DNA from: Lingula anatina
Lineage: Eukaryota > Animalia > Brachiopoda
Length of the DNA stretch: 64,000 nucleotides
Assembly (NCBI GenBank): GCA_051362555.1
Contig: CM120648.1
Span: 7,994,587-8,058,586, forward strand
Reading direction: 5' to 3'
The notes beneath the pieces are model-generated. The model saw nothing but the letters and a program-made list of their open reading frames with translations. It was not told where the DNA came from and made no database searches. The translations under genes were made by a program, and so were the position numbers. Positions within the stretch are counted from its first letter, which is position 1. Each line of letters opens with the position of its first letter. This document shows, in pieces, positions 12,348 through 24,515 of the stretch.

Positions 12348-15276
12348 ATGACCCCCCCCCCCCATTATTCATTATTTTTAATTAACTGTTTGCAGGTTTT
12401 GTTCTTGGTGATACTCTGTGGATCCTACCAAGAAGTCTCAAAACAGCCTGGGCGTAAGTGAACGTTGTGAGTAAATACCAGTAATATATGATGTTTGAGT
12501 CCCTTATTACAGGGGCGGATGCAAAGCTATTTACTGACAGTCTTCCAAATTATATTTGTTGATTCATCCTCCAATTTTGGCCGTCTTCCAACAGAAAAAA
12601 TTAGATACCCGTCAATGTAAACTTGAAAATCTGACTGTCTTCCGGAAAACCCAGAAGAATGTCTAAATTCGCTCCTGTATTATATACAATGAAGCGTTAT
12701 GAATACTAGAAAATGCACTCAGATAGCGCAGACCTGCGGCAAGGTCCCTTTACTGGTAGATTGTGGTAGTTGAGAGCACATCCTTTGCACAAGCTCAAGG
12801 CTTTTGGCTTTGAAAAATTCTTGAATCAAAATGGTAAACCGGAACACGAATCACCACTACAATCTAACCACTTTTTAATTGGTTCATTTCTGACCTATCG
12901 TCAAAATGTCATTAAAATCCATCCACTTTTGGTAGAGTTATCTCAGGAATCTTTATAGAAAGACAAAACACAATTTCTCCCCCAACCTCCTTGGAGGAGG
13001 TGAAAGGTGTCTTCCTTGTGTTGAAACACCTTGACTTCATCCAGAAAGAATCTTTCTTTCTCGTAAACAAAATTGTTCAAACTGATGTTGTGCGCATTTC
13101 GTGATAAATACATATACATAGAATAGTAGATGACATGGTCCATGACATCCAAGTGGTGTAAAAAAGAAACATTGAACAGCTTGGGATATACACTCTTGCC
13201 CAAAATGGTTGGTACACGGAAAGTTGGGGATACATATCGCCCTGTTTCTTTCATTATTATTGATATTATCAAATTAATACTGTTTATATTGTTAAATGTG
13301 TGAAGCTGGAGGATTGGTGAAGTCAAGGAGAAACAAACAATGCAAATGTGAAAAAAGCATTAATTTATTTAGTTTTTTTTTCTCATGCCCCCCAAAAGAG
13401 TACTTTTTTTACATAACAATACCAAGGGAAAAATTAAACATAAATTTACACTGTGATTGACAATTAATATGAAATTAGGAAAAATTGTCAAGAAACATCT
13501 TCAGAGTTCATTTTTAATCTAAGTAGCGGGTATGCCCACCCCGAGCTTAGATGATGGCCTCCAAATGGCGTGGCATACAGTGAACTAGAGTTACAGCGCT
13601 TTGGAGAGGAATTCTGGTCCATTCATCTTGAAGGGCATCTCGCAGTTCATCTAGATTTGTAGGGGGAGGGTTTCTCCTTTGAATAGCACGACCAAGTTTG
13701 TCCCACATGTGCTCAATTGGGTTTGCATCTGGGCTTCTTGCTGGCTGTGGCATCAGCTGGATGTTGTTTTGTCGGATATAGACTGCAATTAAGCGGGCTG
13801 TGTGGAGAGTTGGGTTGTCATGTTGCAATCTAAAATTGTCTCTGTATATCCCTCTTGCAAACGGCTCCAGGTATTGCTGGAGAATGTCTCTGTATCTGGC
13901 AGCGTTAAGGTTTTCATCCAAAAGAGGCAATGGGCAAATACCGTTGCTGCAAATGGCACCCCAAACATGTACAGAACCACCTCCTCCAGCTATTGTTTCC
14001 TGAATATTTTCAGTTAATAGCCTCTCCCCAGGGAGCCTACGCACTCTCATAGCTGGAGGAGGTGGTTCTGTACATGTTTGGGGTGCCATTTGCAGCAACG
14101 GTATTTGCCCATTGCTTACTCTGGACGAAAACCTTAACGCTGCCAGATACAGAGACATTCTCCAGCAGAACCTGGAGCCGTTCGGAAGAGGGATATACAG
14201 AGACAATTTTAGATTGCAACATGACAACCCAACTCTCCACACAGCCCGCTTAATTGCAGACTATATCCGACAAAACAACATTCAGCTGATGCCACAGCCA
14301 GCAAGAAGCCCAGATGCAAACCCAATTGAGCACATGTGGGATGAACTTGGTCGTGCTATTCAGAGGAGAAACCCTCCCCCTGCAAATCTAGTTAAACTGC
14401 GAGATGCCCTTTAAGATGAATAGACCAGAATTCCTTTCCAAAAAGCTGTAACTCTAGTTCACAGTATGCCTCGCCGTCTGGCGGCCATTATCCAAGCTCG
14501 GGGTGGGCATACCCGCTATTTAGATTAATAATGAACTCTGAAGATGTTTCTTAACAATTTCCCCTAATTTCATATTAATTGTCAATCACAGTATAAATTT
14601 ATGTTTAATTTTTCCCTTGGTACTGTTATGTAAAAAAAGTACTCTTTTGGGGGGCATGAGAAAAAATAACCTAAATAAATTAACGCTTTTTTCACATTTG
14701 CATTGGTTGTTTCTCCTTGACTTAACCTATCCTCCAGCTCCACATATTTAACAATATAAACAGTATTATTTTGGTAATATCAATAAAAATGAAAGAAACA
14801 GGGTGATATGCATCCCAAAATTTCCGTGTACCAACCATTTTGGGCAAGAGTGTATATCTTAAACCGTTTATAGTATATTATGTAATTCTGTTCTTTTTTG
14901 GAAAAGACTTTTGAGGATGACTGTAAAATTCCTCGTCAAATATTGCTTCCTAGTATTAAAAAAATTGCATGATTGCATAGCCTACCCTGTATAAGGCAAA
15001 ATATACCGTGTTAAAAACATCGTTCATCTTAACAGCGATGACACCTCCATTTATACATATTCGCTTATAACTTCAGTATGTTGCCCTCCGCCCAAAATAA
15101 CTGACGGCTGCCTCCGTTCTTGCAATCCTGATTCCGGATTTCACAGAAAGAGAGCTGTATCTTATTGCGGCTACACTGGGTTATGCTGCTTCACTGGCTG
15201 TGGATACATATGTAAGACGGGTGTCCCTTGCGAAGAGAAGGTTACTTCCCAGGGTGATAAATTGGACCGGAACTGA
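9247..15276 (+). CDS. Secreted WAP-like peptide, gene 3 (chimeric); exons 9247-9264, 12396-12453, 15077-15276
   Basis: Spliced product MKPLIAVLFLVILCGSYQEVSKQPGLCCPPPKITDGCLRSCNPDSGFHRKRAVSYCGYTGLCCFTGCGYICKTGVPCEEKVTSQGDKLDRN*; splice sites intact and all 10 Cys retained. Confidence 0.75.
12510..12677. mobile_element. Small MITE (CAGGGGCGG...CGCTCCTG termini) in intron 2 of WAP gene 3
   Basis: Imperfect TIRs, tatta on both flanks, absent at the paralogous position of gene 2 (about 6020-6035). Confidence 0.6.
13191..14852. mobile_element. Tc1 (DD34E) derived foldback element made of two inverted 3' halves
   Basis: TA|CACTCTTGCCCAAAATGGTTGGTACACGGAAA ... TTTCCGTGTACCAACCATTTTGGGCAAGAGTG|TA; both arms encode GGGSVHVWGAI..QHDN..H..SPDANPIEHMW with 34 residues between D and E; arms 13191-13993 and 14049-14852. 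Confidence 0.93.
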
Positions 15277-17320
15277 CGTCACGTCTGGACATTTTAATAG
15301 GAAGTGACGACATAATTGTTAACGTGGAAAGGAAATAATGTTTATTTTGTCTTAGTAAGATGGAAGGTATTCAATATTCTAACATATAAACAGAAATAAG
15401 CTTTAAATTGGATCATGAGAGCAAAAGATGACAGTACAATTTGAACTCAATTGTGTCAACTTGTCTCTTAAAATGTCTTATGTCTTCAAATTTAAAACAG
15501 AATGGAAATATTTTGATGAAACTAAGTGAAATAAAATTGATCAAATGCAAAGATCAAAATTAAATGTGTGCAATAAGAAAGGCTTTATTGTGATGTCTCG
15601 TTCTTTGTATTAATGCTCTTCTTGCCACCGAACATCAACAACTAAAACCATTATTTATAACTTTGTAATTATTTGTTAAAATTGCAATTATATTGGTCTG
15701 CCTTTTTTTGTGTGGTTAGATTTTTGTCCAGCGACAGCGGCCACCATTTCAACAGATTTTTGTTTCAAAATTTTGTAGAATAATTATTAATCTACAAGGA
15801 ACTTTACTGACTTTCATTAGGATCATGTTTTTGTCTATATGTTAAAATTCCGAAGGTTAATTTTAAGTGTTAAAACCTGGGAAGCCCCAGTTACAAGTTC
15901 CTTTTAAAATATCTATATTTGTTTTATTTTTGATGTGATCTCATCAAATTGCGTGAAGTACATGACTTCTAAAAAACTACAAAGTTTCATCCAAAAATCA
16001 TGCTTTTTGCCTATATTACAAAAGAAAAAAAAAGTTTTGAAGTTAAGTTTTGAAATCCTATTGAGAAATTTTTTTAAATCTTTTTTTTTTTTCATATTAA
16101 TCTAATTACACCAAACTGCATTTAAGTGATACTGATACTAGGTCATGATCCTTCACTTACTAAGTTTGAATCAGATACAACAGCACGAACCCCTCCATAT
16201 TTACCTTTCAACCTTCGCAGTTCACGTGTGTTACATGAAACCAAGAAACATTCTGCAACAATTTTAATTTGGCCCAATACCAATCCTAATAACAGTCAAA
16301 TGGTAATTCTTACCTGCACGAATTAGCATGACATTAATTATAACCTAAGTCACGATCTTGGGTAATGCTCAGTTAATCCAAAAAAGTACCTTAATGTGAA
16401 AGAAAATATATAGTACACCTCATATCAGATGGGCTGTGGGTGGACCGCCGGAGATTTGAAGAAGCTGGAAATTAAGGGCTTGATTACGCATTCTTGAGAA
16501 CAGCAACATCGTCAACCGATAACGCACTACTTCACCCCTGTAACTGTGTCATATTCTGCAATAAATGAATAAAATACGAGCACTCGTTGGGGGGGATTAA
16601 TCTATGTTGAATGGTTATTTATTTATTTCGTCCTTAGAGCCAGGAAATTGCCCCTTCCAGAAGTGCCAGCTGATGATAGGCACACTGTTCAGTTGTTACG
16701 TCAGGCGAGGATATTAGAAATGCAAAAGTGTTTATATATTTATGTATTTATTAATTTGACTTCATGTTTAAACGAATTAAAAATGTTACAGCGTTTGCTT
16801 TGACTGACACTTACATTAAAAATACCACGCCTGTAGCTAGTAATTTCAAAATGGGCTATTTTTCTAAAAATATAGTGAACCTTTACACCCTATAATTAAG
16901 CTAAATGTCGCAAAACTTTTTTCTGTCACCCTTTGTTCGTGTACCCGTTCCCCCTCCCATCTGGCCTGAATATGAAATAACATTTTACGGAACATGTCAT
17001 AACTTTTAGTATCTGAAGCAGTCTTTTATAAAGAATGATGAATGGAAACGAACCTTTCTCATGGAGAGAGAGAGAGAGAGCGAGCGAGAGACTCAAATGA
17101 TTACTCTCACTGTCACAAACGCGCGCGCGCCAAAAACACACATTGTCGCACAGACCAGATTCTGTATATAAAAATATATATGATTCAGTGCGACCATAAA
17201 CTCAAAAACACTCTCCCTTCAACTCATCAAAAAGGATCACCACCTGGCCATTACCACGACTGAATAGCCCTTCACTGAGGAACGGCTGTTACATACCCAT
17301 GCCACGGTGGAGCCAAAATG

Positions 17321-17327
17321 TATAAAA
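17321..17327 (+). promoter_or_regulatory. TATA box of the subtilase gene
   Basis: TATAAAA followed by ggggg, about 25-30 nt before a short non-coding exon ending at the gtaagt donor at 17379. Confidence 0.6.
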
Positions 17328-17690
17328 GGGGGCGACTTTGTTAGGTAATCTACAGACGTCCTCTGGAAGACAAAACCGGTAAGTTTGGGGTTTTAAGCTT
17401 TTCCTTAAACCATTTTTATTAAAATCATATTCAATATAATCTTTTAATTTCTTTAACCAATAGGTTAATTTTTTTCTTTAGATTTGTTACAAGTCTTTTT
17501 ATATGTTTTAAATTTCGGACATAGCAAAATAAAGTCAAGGGTGAAACTTTTCTATATCAACTTTGAAAAGCATACGATTTTTTGTTGACGTTGACTAGGC
17601 GATACGTTGACTTAGTAAACGGTTGCAAATGTCTCATGTGAAATCTATTTTGAAATTTTATATTTTTTGTTTCAACATCAGCCGTCCAGG

Positions 17691-18712
17691 ATGAAGCTCC
17701 AAGTTCTTGTTGCTGTTATTGTAGCGGTAGCACTTGCCGAGGCGAGAGGTTAGCTTTATCATTTCATAAGAGATGTAAAAATAAAGGAAAAAAATAACAA
17801 AGAATATTTTTAAAACATAACAGAAAGTAAGATAGAAAGATACAATGGATTAGGTTGAACTATCGTATCATCTAAATATTGAATCTGTTAAAACCTATTG
17901 GTTGCTTCCAAATGTAGAATTCATTTTTGGTTTAATTTATTAAATTCAGTTCAGTTCCAATTTCAAATTACTCACGTACATGTACTGTTCACAAATACAT
18001 GCAGAACTGATTACAAAACCAAATTACAATTAAACTCCAGTAACAGTGGTCAAATATTTATAGGTTTACCATAATTTTGAACTTTATATATAGTAACGTA
18101 GTGAGATTTTCATTCCATCGTTTTCTCCGTATACATTAATAGTTTTGGGGCTGCAAAAAGACCAAGGGTTAGCTTGCAAAGATTGGTGACAAACTTTGAA
18201 ATAAACTTGCACCCCAATAAATGCTCTTTATAATCAAAATGATATCAGTAGTCAGCAATGTGTCCACTTAATTGCTTGTGTATTTTAGCACCAATAAGGT
18301 ATGCTCAGCGCGGTACCAGGGTTGCTGGCGATGGAAGAAGCTACTTGGTCAAAGTGAAGGACAATGCTGACCGTAAGTGGCGCTTTTCACTTGCCAAATA
18401 ATCACATGGTCCACTTTGGCTAATTTTGTACCTCATCAGTACGAGGTGCGGAATCACCCGAGTTTGCGAGACATCACTAGGCATATGTGTTCTTTGGTTT
18501 TAGTTTCACTTACTTTGAATATCAACTTTTATTCATGTGCTAGTACATGCATATGTACAAAGGCGTACTATAAAAATTTAATTTAAAAATGCAAGTTGTG
18601 AGTACACTTGAATTTAACCACCGCCCCTATTTGTGTTAGCTTGTTGCTAGTAAAAAAATTTTGTTGAATAAATATCGCATAAGCGATGTCTCCAAAAATA
18701 TCGACCATCTCG

Positions 18713-18752
<40 letters not shown>

Positions 18753-21700
18753 TTTTCAGCTGACCGTGTGATCATGCGGGGGAGAGGTCAGATGCACCGC
18801 CTGATGAACTTCGGTATGGAACAAATGGACGCCGAAGTGGGCACCCAGAAGATTAAGATCGGCAAGACCAAGTTCTTCACTGTGAAGGGAAACCCAAAGT
18901 AAATGATCGTGTTCAATAAAACATTGTATTAATATAATACATATTCATTTAATTGATCTCTACAATCTAACAATGGTCACAAAGCAAACGCCATTGTATT
19001 ACGTTTCGTCCATTTGCATATCATATTTAAAAAATAAGAATTTATCAACAATGCTACAAGTTAAAGCATTCACACAAAAGGAATGTCTGAAATTGCACAA
19101 TGTATGTCTCAAATACATATCGCGTTCTTTTTACAAAATGCAATGCCTTTTTAATAAGAGCTGAGTCCTGCAAAGACAGATATACATCTTTTTTGGTCAA
19201 AATCGCACAGTTACCTTTAAATTTTTGGTCTTCAGACTGTTGGAGTCGATGCAAGAGGACGATGACATAGAGTACATTGAGCAAGAGACCATGTTCTACA
19301 AGTCTCCTTGCAGCGACACTCAGGATATCAGTCACAGCGCTTTGTGGGTGAGCAAAACGCACCTCTCGAAATTTCTCCCCAAATCTCGCCCCTCTCAAGG
19401 AGGTTTTGTGGCACTTGCGTACTAAAGACGGAGTCTGGTGAAGTTCATTCGAATTCGTAACGGTTAAAGCAATAATAACTATTCGTTTCGGCCAAAAAAT
19501 GAATTTTCCTGGAGTAAACAACAATTTTCCCATACTTACCAATGGTTAATGAATCCATTTTTACATTCAAAGTTAGTCCCTGGTTTTTTTCTAAAAAGTT
19601 TGGTTTTTTGTTAAAATCTCTTAAGAGATTTTAACAGAGTATAGACAACAATGGAGGTCACGTGGTCTAAAGACAAGTTCAAATATCAGAATAAAAGCTA
19701 TAACTGCTGTTTTTGTGGTAAAACAGAATATATTACATTTCTATGAGTTGTTCACAAGGTTTTTATTGTGAAATATAGGTCTCATACGAAGAGTTATTAT
19801 CCCTTTAAAATAGAAATCTGAAACTCAAATATAAGTTAAAAGATTGTCGTTTTCCCTACAGTTTGGGGTAGAATATACTGGCGATTTAGTAGAAGTTGTG
19901 AAAATTTTCGGGACTTTTTTAAATTTAGCAATATAAAGGTATAACTCGCACTGAATACAGGAATTCGTTACAGGGCCTTGATAGGATTGATGAACGTAAT
20001 GGCGCAGATAGTGGCTCTTTCTCTCCCTCAGGTAAACATTCTTCTTTACTTATTTTTCTTTTAATTTATTTACAAGTATCGTAAAACATTTAATTTTAGT
20101 CCTTTCAACTTGATTGAATCGTATGATAATGTGCATAACCGATCTTTATTATTTTATTTCAGGTGATGGCGCTGGTGTCTATGCCTACATCTTGGACACG
20201 TAAGTTGATCAGCATTTATATTAAAAAAAAACTTAAGACTCAAGAAAAACACTTAAAGATGCATATGAAGCGAGAACTTATGTCCAATTATTTTTGATAA
20301 ATCCAATCAAATGCCATAGTTTGAACTTTCTAACAGTATAACTTAAAGAACTACCACAGGGTTTCGTTACATGATTTCCTCGCGAATGATATTTGCGAAT
20401 GATATTTGACTGTAAATGGCAAAATGTATTGAAAGCAATGAAATATACTATAATATTTGTATGCATGCATAATGCATGAGTACATATGTATGTATGTATG
20501 TGTGTATGTTTTCGCAGTGGTATCCACACCGGCCACAGTGACTTTGGAGGCAGAGCCATCAACGCCGGGGTAGGTGAAAGTACTTCATCATCATATCATT
20601 CTCTACGATTTGTACCCCAATTTCTCCTCTATTGACAACGTCTGTGACATGTTCTCATAGATCCACTCCCAAAATGAACTGTTTGATATTCCATAATTTT
20701 CCATAGTTAGGCCTATACCTCAGCGAGCATTCAGATTTAGATATCAATAACATTAATTACTGGCAGACTGCATGGGAGTAAACTAAATATGATTATTATT
20801 ATCATAATCAATTTTTCTGTGTATGTATTCATTTATTTTATATTGCTTTATTTATTGCATATTTAAATGAAAGATGAAACATGTCTTAAATGAGGTGATT
20901 GTATAAGTATTTTCCTATAGTCCGCCTACAGCCATCCTTATGGATCCAGCGACGACGATGTTGACGGTCACGGAACGCACGTGGCAAGTATGTATCCGCT
21001 TGAGCATTTTCTATCTTTGGAAATCTGGTAAAACATGACCTTGTGCCCCTTTTCACAAAAAGTCATAAGTTCCTGGGCTACTATAAGTAGACAAAACGTA
21101 TGCCTCAAAAACATACTTTAGACCTTTTGTGGAACATGAGGAGAATAGGCGCTAGTTTGAAATTAAGACCCAACATTTTGGTCTCCCTTAACACAAAACG
21201 AATCGGTCGGTAATTTAATGAAAAATTGTATTTCTTAAAAAATAAAAAAAAATAAAAAAAGAAGTAGAAGACAGGACTTAGAGATCTACAGTATTTCAGA
21301 ACATTATTTACTTTTCTAAAATTATACCACAGTCAACGATACTCTTCTACCTGATAGACATTTACTCTACACATTATTGTATTCGCTTTGTTGTATGTGC
21401 ATAATAATACAGATACCAATAATAAACAGGCAGTTAAAATGCATGCTTGCTCTGTTGTGAAATTTGCATAATAACACATATACCAATAATAAACAGGTAC
21501 TTATAATGCATGCTTGCTCTGTTGTGAAATTTGCATTCGTCTCATTACCAGGCACTGTAGGCGGAACCACCATGGGAGTTGCCAAGAGGGCTACCTTAGT
21601 AGCAGTCAAGGTTCTTTCCGACGATGGATCCGGCTCTATTGCGTAAGTTTTTGTTTTGCATGCTGGGGATTATCGAGTGGAAACGTTTGTAGATCGGGCA

Positions 21701-22567
21701 TTCCTTTTTCCATCGCAAAGACTATTAGGTATATAATATTTCTACCCGTCGACGTGTATTGAATTGGAAACCAAATGCATTACAATTTTTTCGAAACTGC
21801 AATACTACATTGTACAACTGCGCATACAAAACTGGAAATTGGCCATAAGAGGGCACACATTACTTTGATTTATTACCTCAAAATTAAAAAAAAGAACATT
21901 ACCCTGATGTAATAAATCGATTGTCATGTCATTTCAGAAACATCGGTTTGGGTATTGAATATGCAGTGAATGACGCCAAGAGAAGAAACGCTAAGGCCGT
22001 CATCAAGTATGTTAAAGCTATACACACTTTCATGTTTTACTTTCAAATATCTATCTAGAAAATAAAGCCATAACATAATAAAAAGGAAAGCAAAGGTTGG
22101 TTACCAGCATTATTAACTACAGAATCTTATATGTTGACAACTTCTGTTTTGTTATGCTATATTTTGCTGACTAGAAGAAATGTGTTGCAGTTCCTAGGAT
22201 ATTTTTGGCATAAAAGGTGTAACGCTTATTATGTGCATTTCATATACATGTATCTTTCATATTGCAGCATGTCTTTGGGCGGTGGTGCAAGCACTGCTTT
22301 TGATGAAATGTGTAATGATGCTGTCAGAGAGGTTGGTAGACTACTATACATACTGTGTGATTTTTTCATGTCAAAATAAAGCGCGTATTTCAATACATGA
22401 CTAAAGTGTGTCATGCGTTAAATGTGTTATCTGCATTAGTCATGAAATAACGTAAACAGAATCATGCTGGGGGTGAGACTTGGAAACAAAGGTAAATGAA
22501 AAATGAAAAACAAAGAGTTCTATTCTCGATTCAGTCCTGGTAATTGGTTCTGGCACAGCTTAAACAT

Positions 22568-22598
<31 letters not shown>

Positions 22599-24515
22599 TA
22601 CAGGGCGTGACAATGGTTGTCGCAGCTGGCAACTCTGGTGCTGATGCATGCTCAGAATCTCCAGCCAGAGCCGCTGATGTGTAAGTATTGAAGTACTGTG
22701 TGATAAAGTTCTTTCCAAGAAATTCCAACATTCGCGTGTGCACGTGTGTCTCCAACTCTCTAGGTGATTTTAAATTATTTAAATATATTTCACCTCCAAG
22801 TAACTATTGTAAAGCAATATATGGTATAGTTATCACCGAATATCACTGACATATACATCTAGGTGGATCACTTTTATTACAGAATCAGCGTTGCAGCAAG
22901 TGACAGCAGGGACGACCTGGCGAGCTTCTCGAACCACGGTAGATGTGTGGACATCATTGCACCGGTACGTTATATCTCATTTATTCTCGCACAAACCCCT
23001 AAATTCTACCGTGAATTTCATTCCCGCTAAATGTATTCTTGTTTTTCTACACAGCCTGCCTGTGATTGCAGTGTCTTTTACATCTTTCATATATCACCTC
23101 GGAGACTTATTTATAAAGAGTGAGCAGTCCTGAAATTCACGATTTTTATCATTTATTATTTTAGGGAGTCGGCGTCCTTGGCGCACGCACCAAGACCAAC
23201 TCTGGATCTGTAGCCTACAGCGGTAAGTAAGGGATACTTACTTTGGCTTAAGATAAATCATTTATTTGCCCAATTAAGTGGGAATAGGGGCGTATCTTAC
23301 ATAAAATTTTATGTGGGTGTTGTTTTGGAGCGACAACTACTTTATTCAAGTAGCCTGCTGCAGATCATCCATTAAATGAAAATCATTCCTTGGTTGTGTT
23401 TTAATTTTTGTAAATTTTTTTAATACTTTTCACCATTTTCAGACCCTTGAGTTGATAATGAGAAAGTCTTGGCAATTGAATACACGTTTAAATTTGATAT
23501 ATCATTCATATGAAATACATAGGCAATACATGTGTAAATGCACCTGCACAATACTATCTTAATGTATTATTTTTGGGCATTTAAGGAACATCCATGGCCG
23601 CCCCACACGTGGTACGTATTTTTCAGTTTGATAAAATAAGTGAGCTCTAGCATCGATACATTCACTTGATTTCGTGGCATTGCTATATCCGCACTAGTAT
23701 CGATTAGAAGATTTATGCTTTGTGCAAAGTTCAACTGTTTTTAACATATATGTACATGTACATCCCAAAGAAACGAATTATACACAGTTATATCTCATTA
23801 TAACGACCAAAAACTGGGCAGATACAAAATAGGTCCGATTCTCACTCGGTTTTATTTTAACAGTATTCCCCCACATTAGACACAGAAAATGCTTATTATA
23901 TCCATTGCTACCAGCTCAAAACCGTTCAGAATTGGCCTATCTCTTAAGATGACAATATTGATCATGTTGGCTTTTTTTTATATTATACCAGGCCGGTGCC
24001 GTTGCGGTCTTCCTTGGTAACCAGCCTGGAAATCCCACTCCTGCTGAAGTGAGAGAGTGGCTTGAGACCAAGTAAGTACATGGATTCCACATAATTGATA
24101 TATACTTTATTGGAAATATATTTATTGGAGTAATGGTTAATAAATTGTTGATTAACCCTAAAACAAGGGCAATAATGCCTATTCAGTTTGGTTTCACTTG
24201 GACGTTATTGGAACTAAAAGTCGTAATTTATTGAATAAATTTAAGCAGGGCTAATAATCATCATGAGCATATACTCACACGTGAGTGTGTTTTTTGTAAC
24301 TTTGTTGATTGTATGTATCTATTTCCTTTCTATGCTGATTTATTTGTCATTATTATACAGTATTAAGGAATATTATTGACGTTTTCAGCGCCAGCGAGGG
24401 CAAAATCAATGTCCCAACTGCTAGCCGCCCGGGGGCCAGTTGCTGCCAGACCACCACCCGCAACTGCAACAACAAGTGCCCCACTGTAAACAAGCTTCTG
24501 TACGTTGGCTGTTAG
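17691..24515 (+). CDS. Secreted subtilisin-like serine protease, S8A proteinase K/aqualysin/PCSK9-catalytic-domain type, 426 aa, 17 coding exons
   Basis: Exons 17691-17748, 18289-18372, 18760-18898, 19236-19347, 19974-20031, 20163-20199, 20518-20569, 20921-20987, 21552-21642, 21938-22006, 22268-22331, 22604-22680, 22883-22964, 23165-23222, 23586-23611, 23992-24071, 24389-24515 join in frame (1281 nt). Signal peptide, I9-like propeptide (YLVKVK..IEYIEQE), WGLDRID, ILDTG, DGHGTHVA, INMSLGG, AAGN, SGTSMAAPHVAG, NKLLY. Confidence 0.93.
19468..19804. mobile_element. TTAA-flanked MITE, copy 2, in a subtilase intron
   Basis: Highly similar to 8052-8388; ttaa on both flanks. Confidence 0.8.
21398..21537. 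repeat. Two-copy tandem repeat of about 68 bp
   Basis: ataccaataataaacagg...atgcatgcttgctctgttgtgaaatttgcat occurs twice just upstream of a subtilase exon. Confidence 0.8.

Noticed and set aside
13547-14242. 231-aa ORF as a functional transposase
   Set aside because: Its first 65 or so residues are the antisense reading of the opposite arm; the DNA-binding domain and first catalytic Asp are missing
16436-16575. GCGWT-encoding stretch followed by AATAAA as a fourth WAP gene
   Set aside because: No CC or upstream Cys pattern and no alignable flanks; at most an unprovable relic
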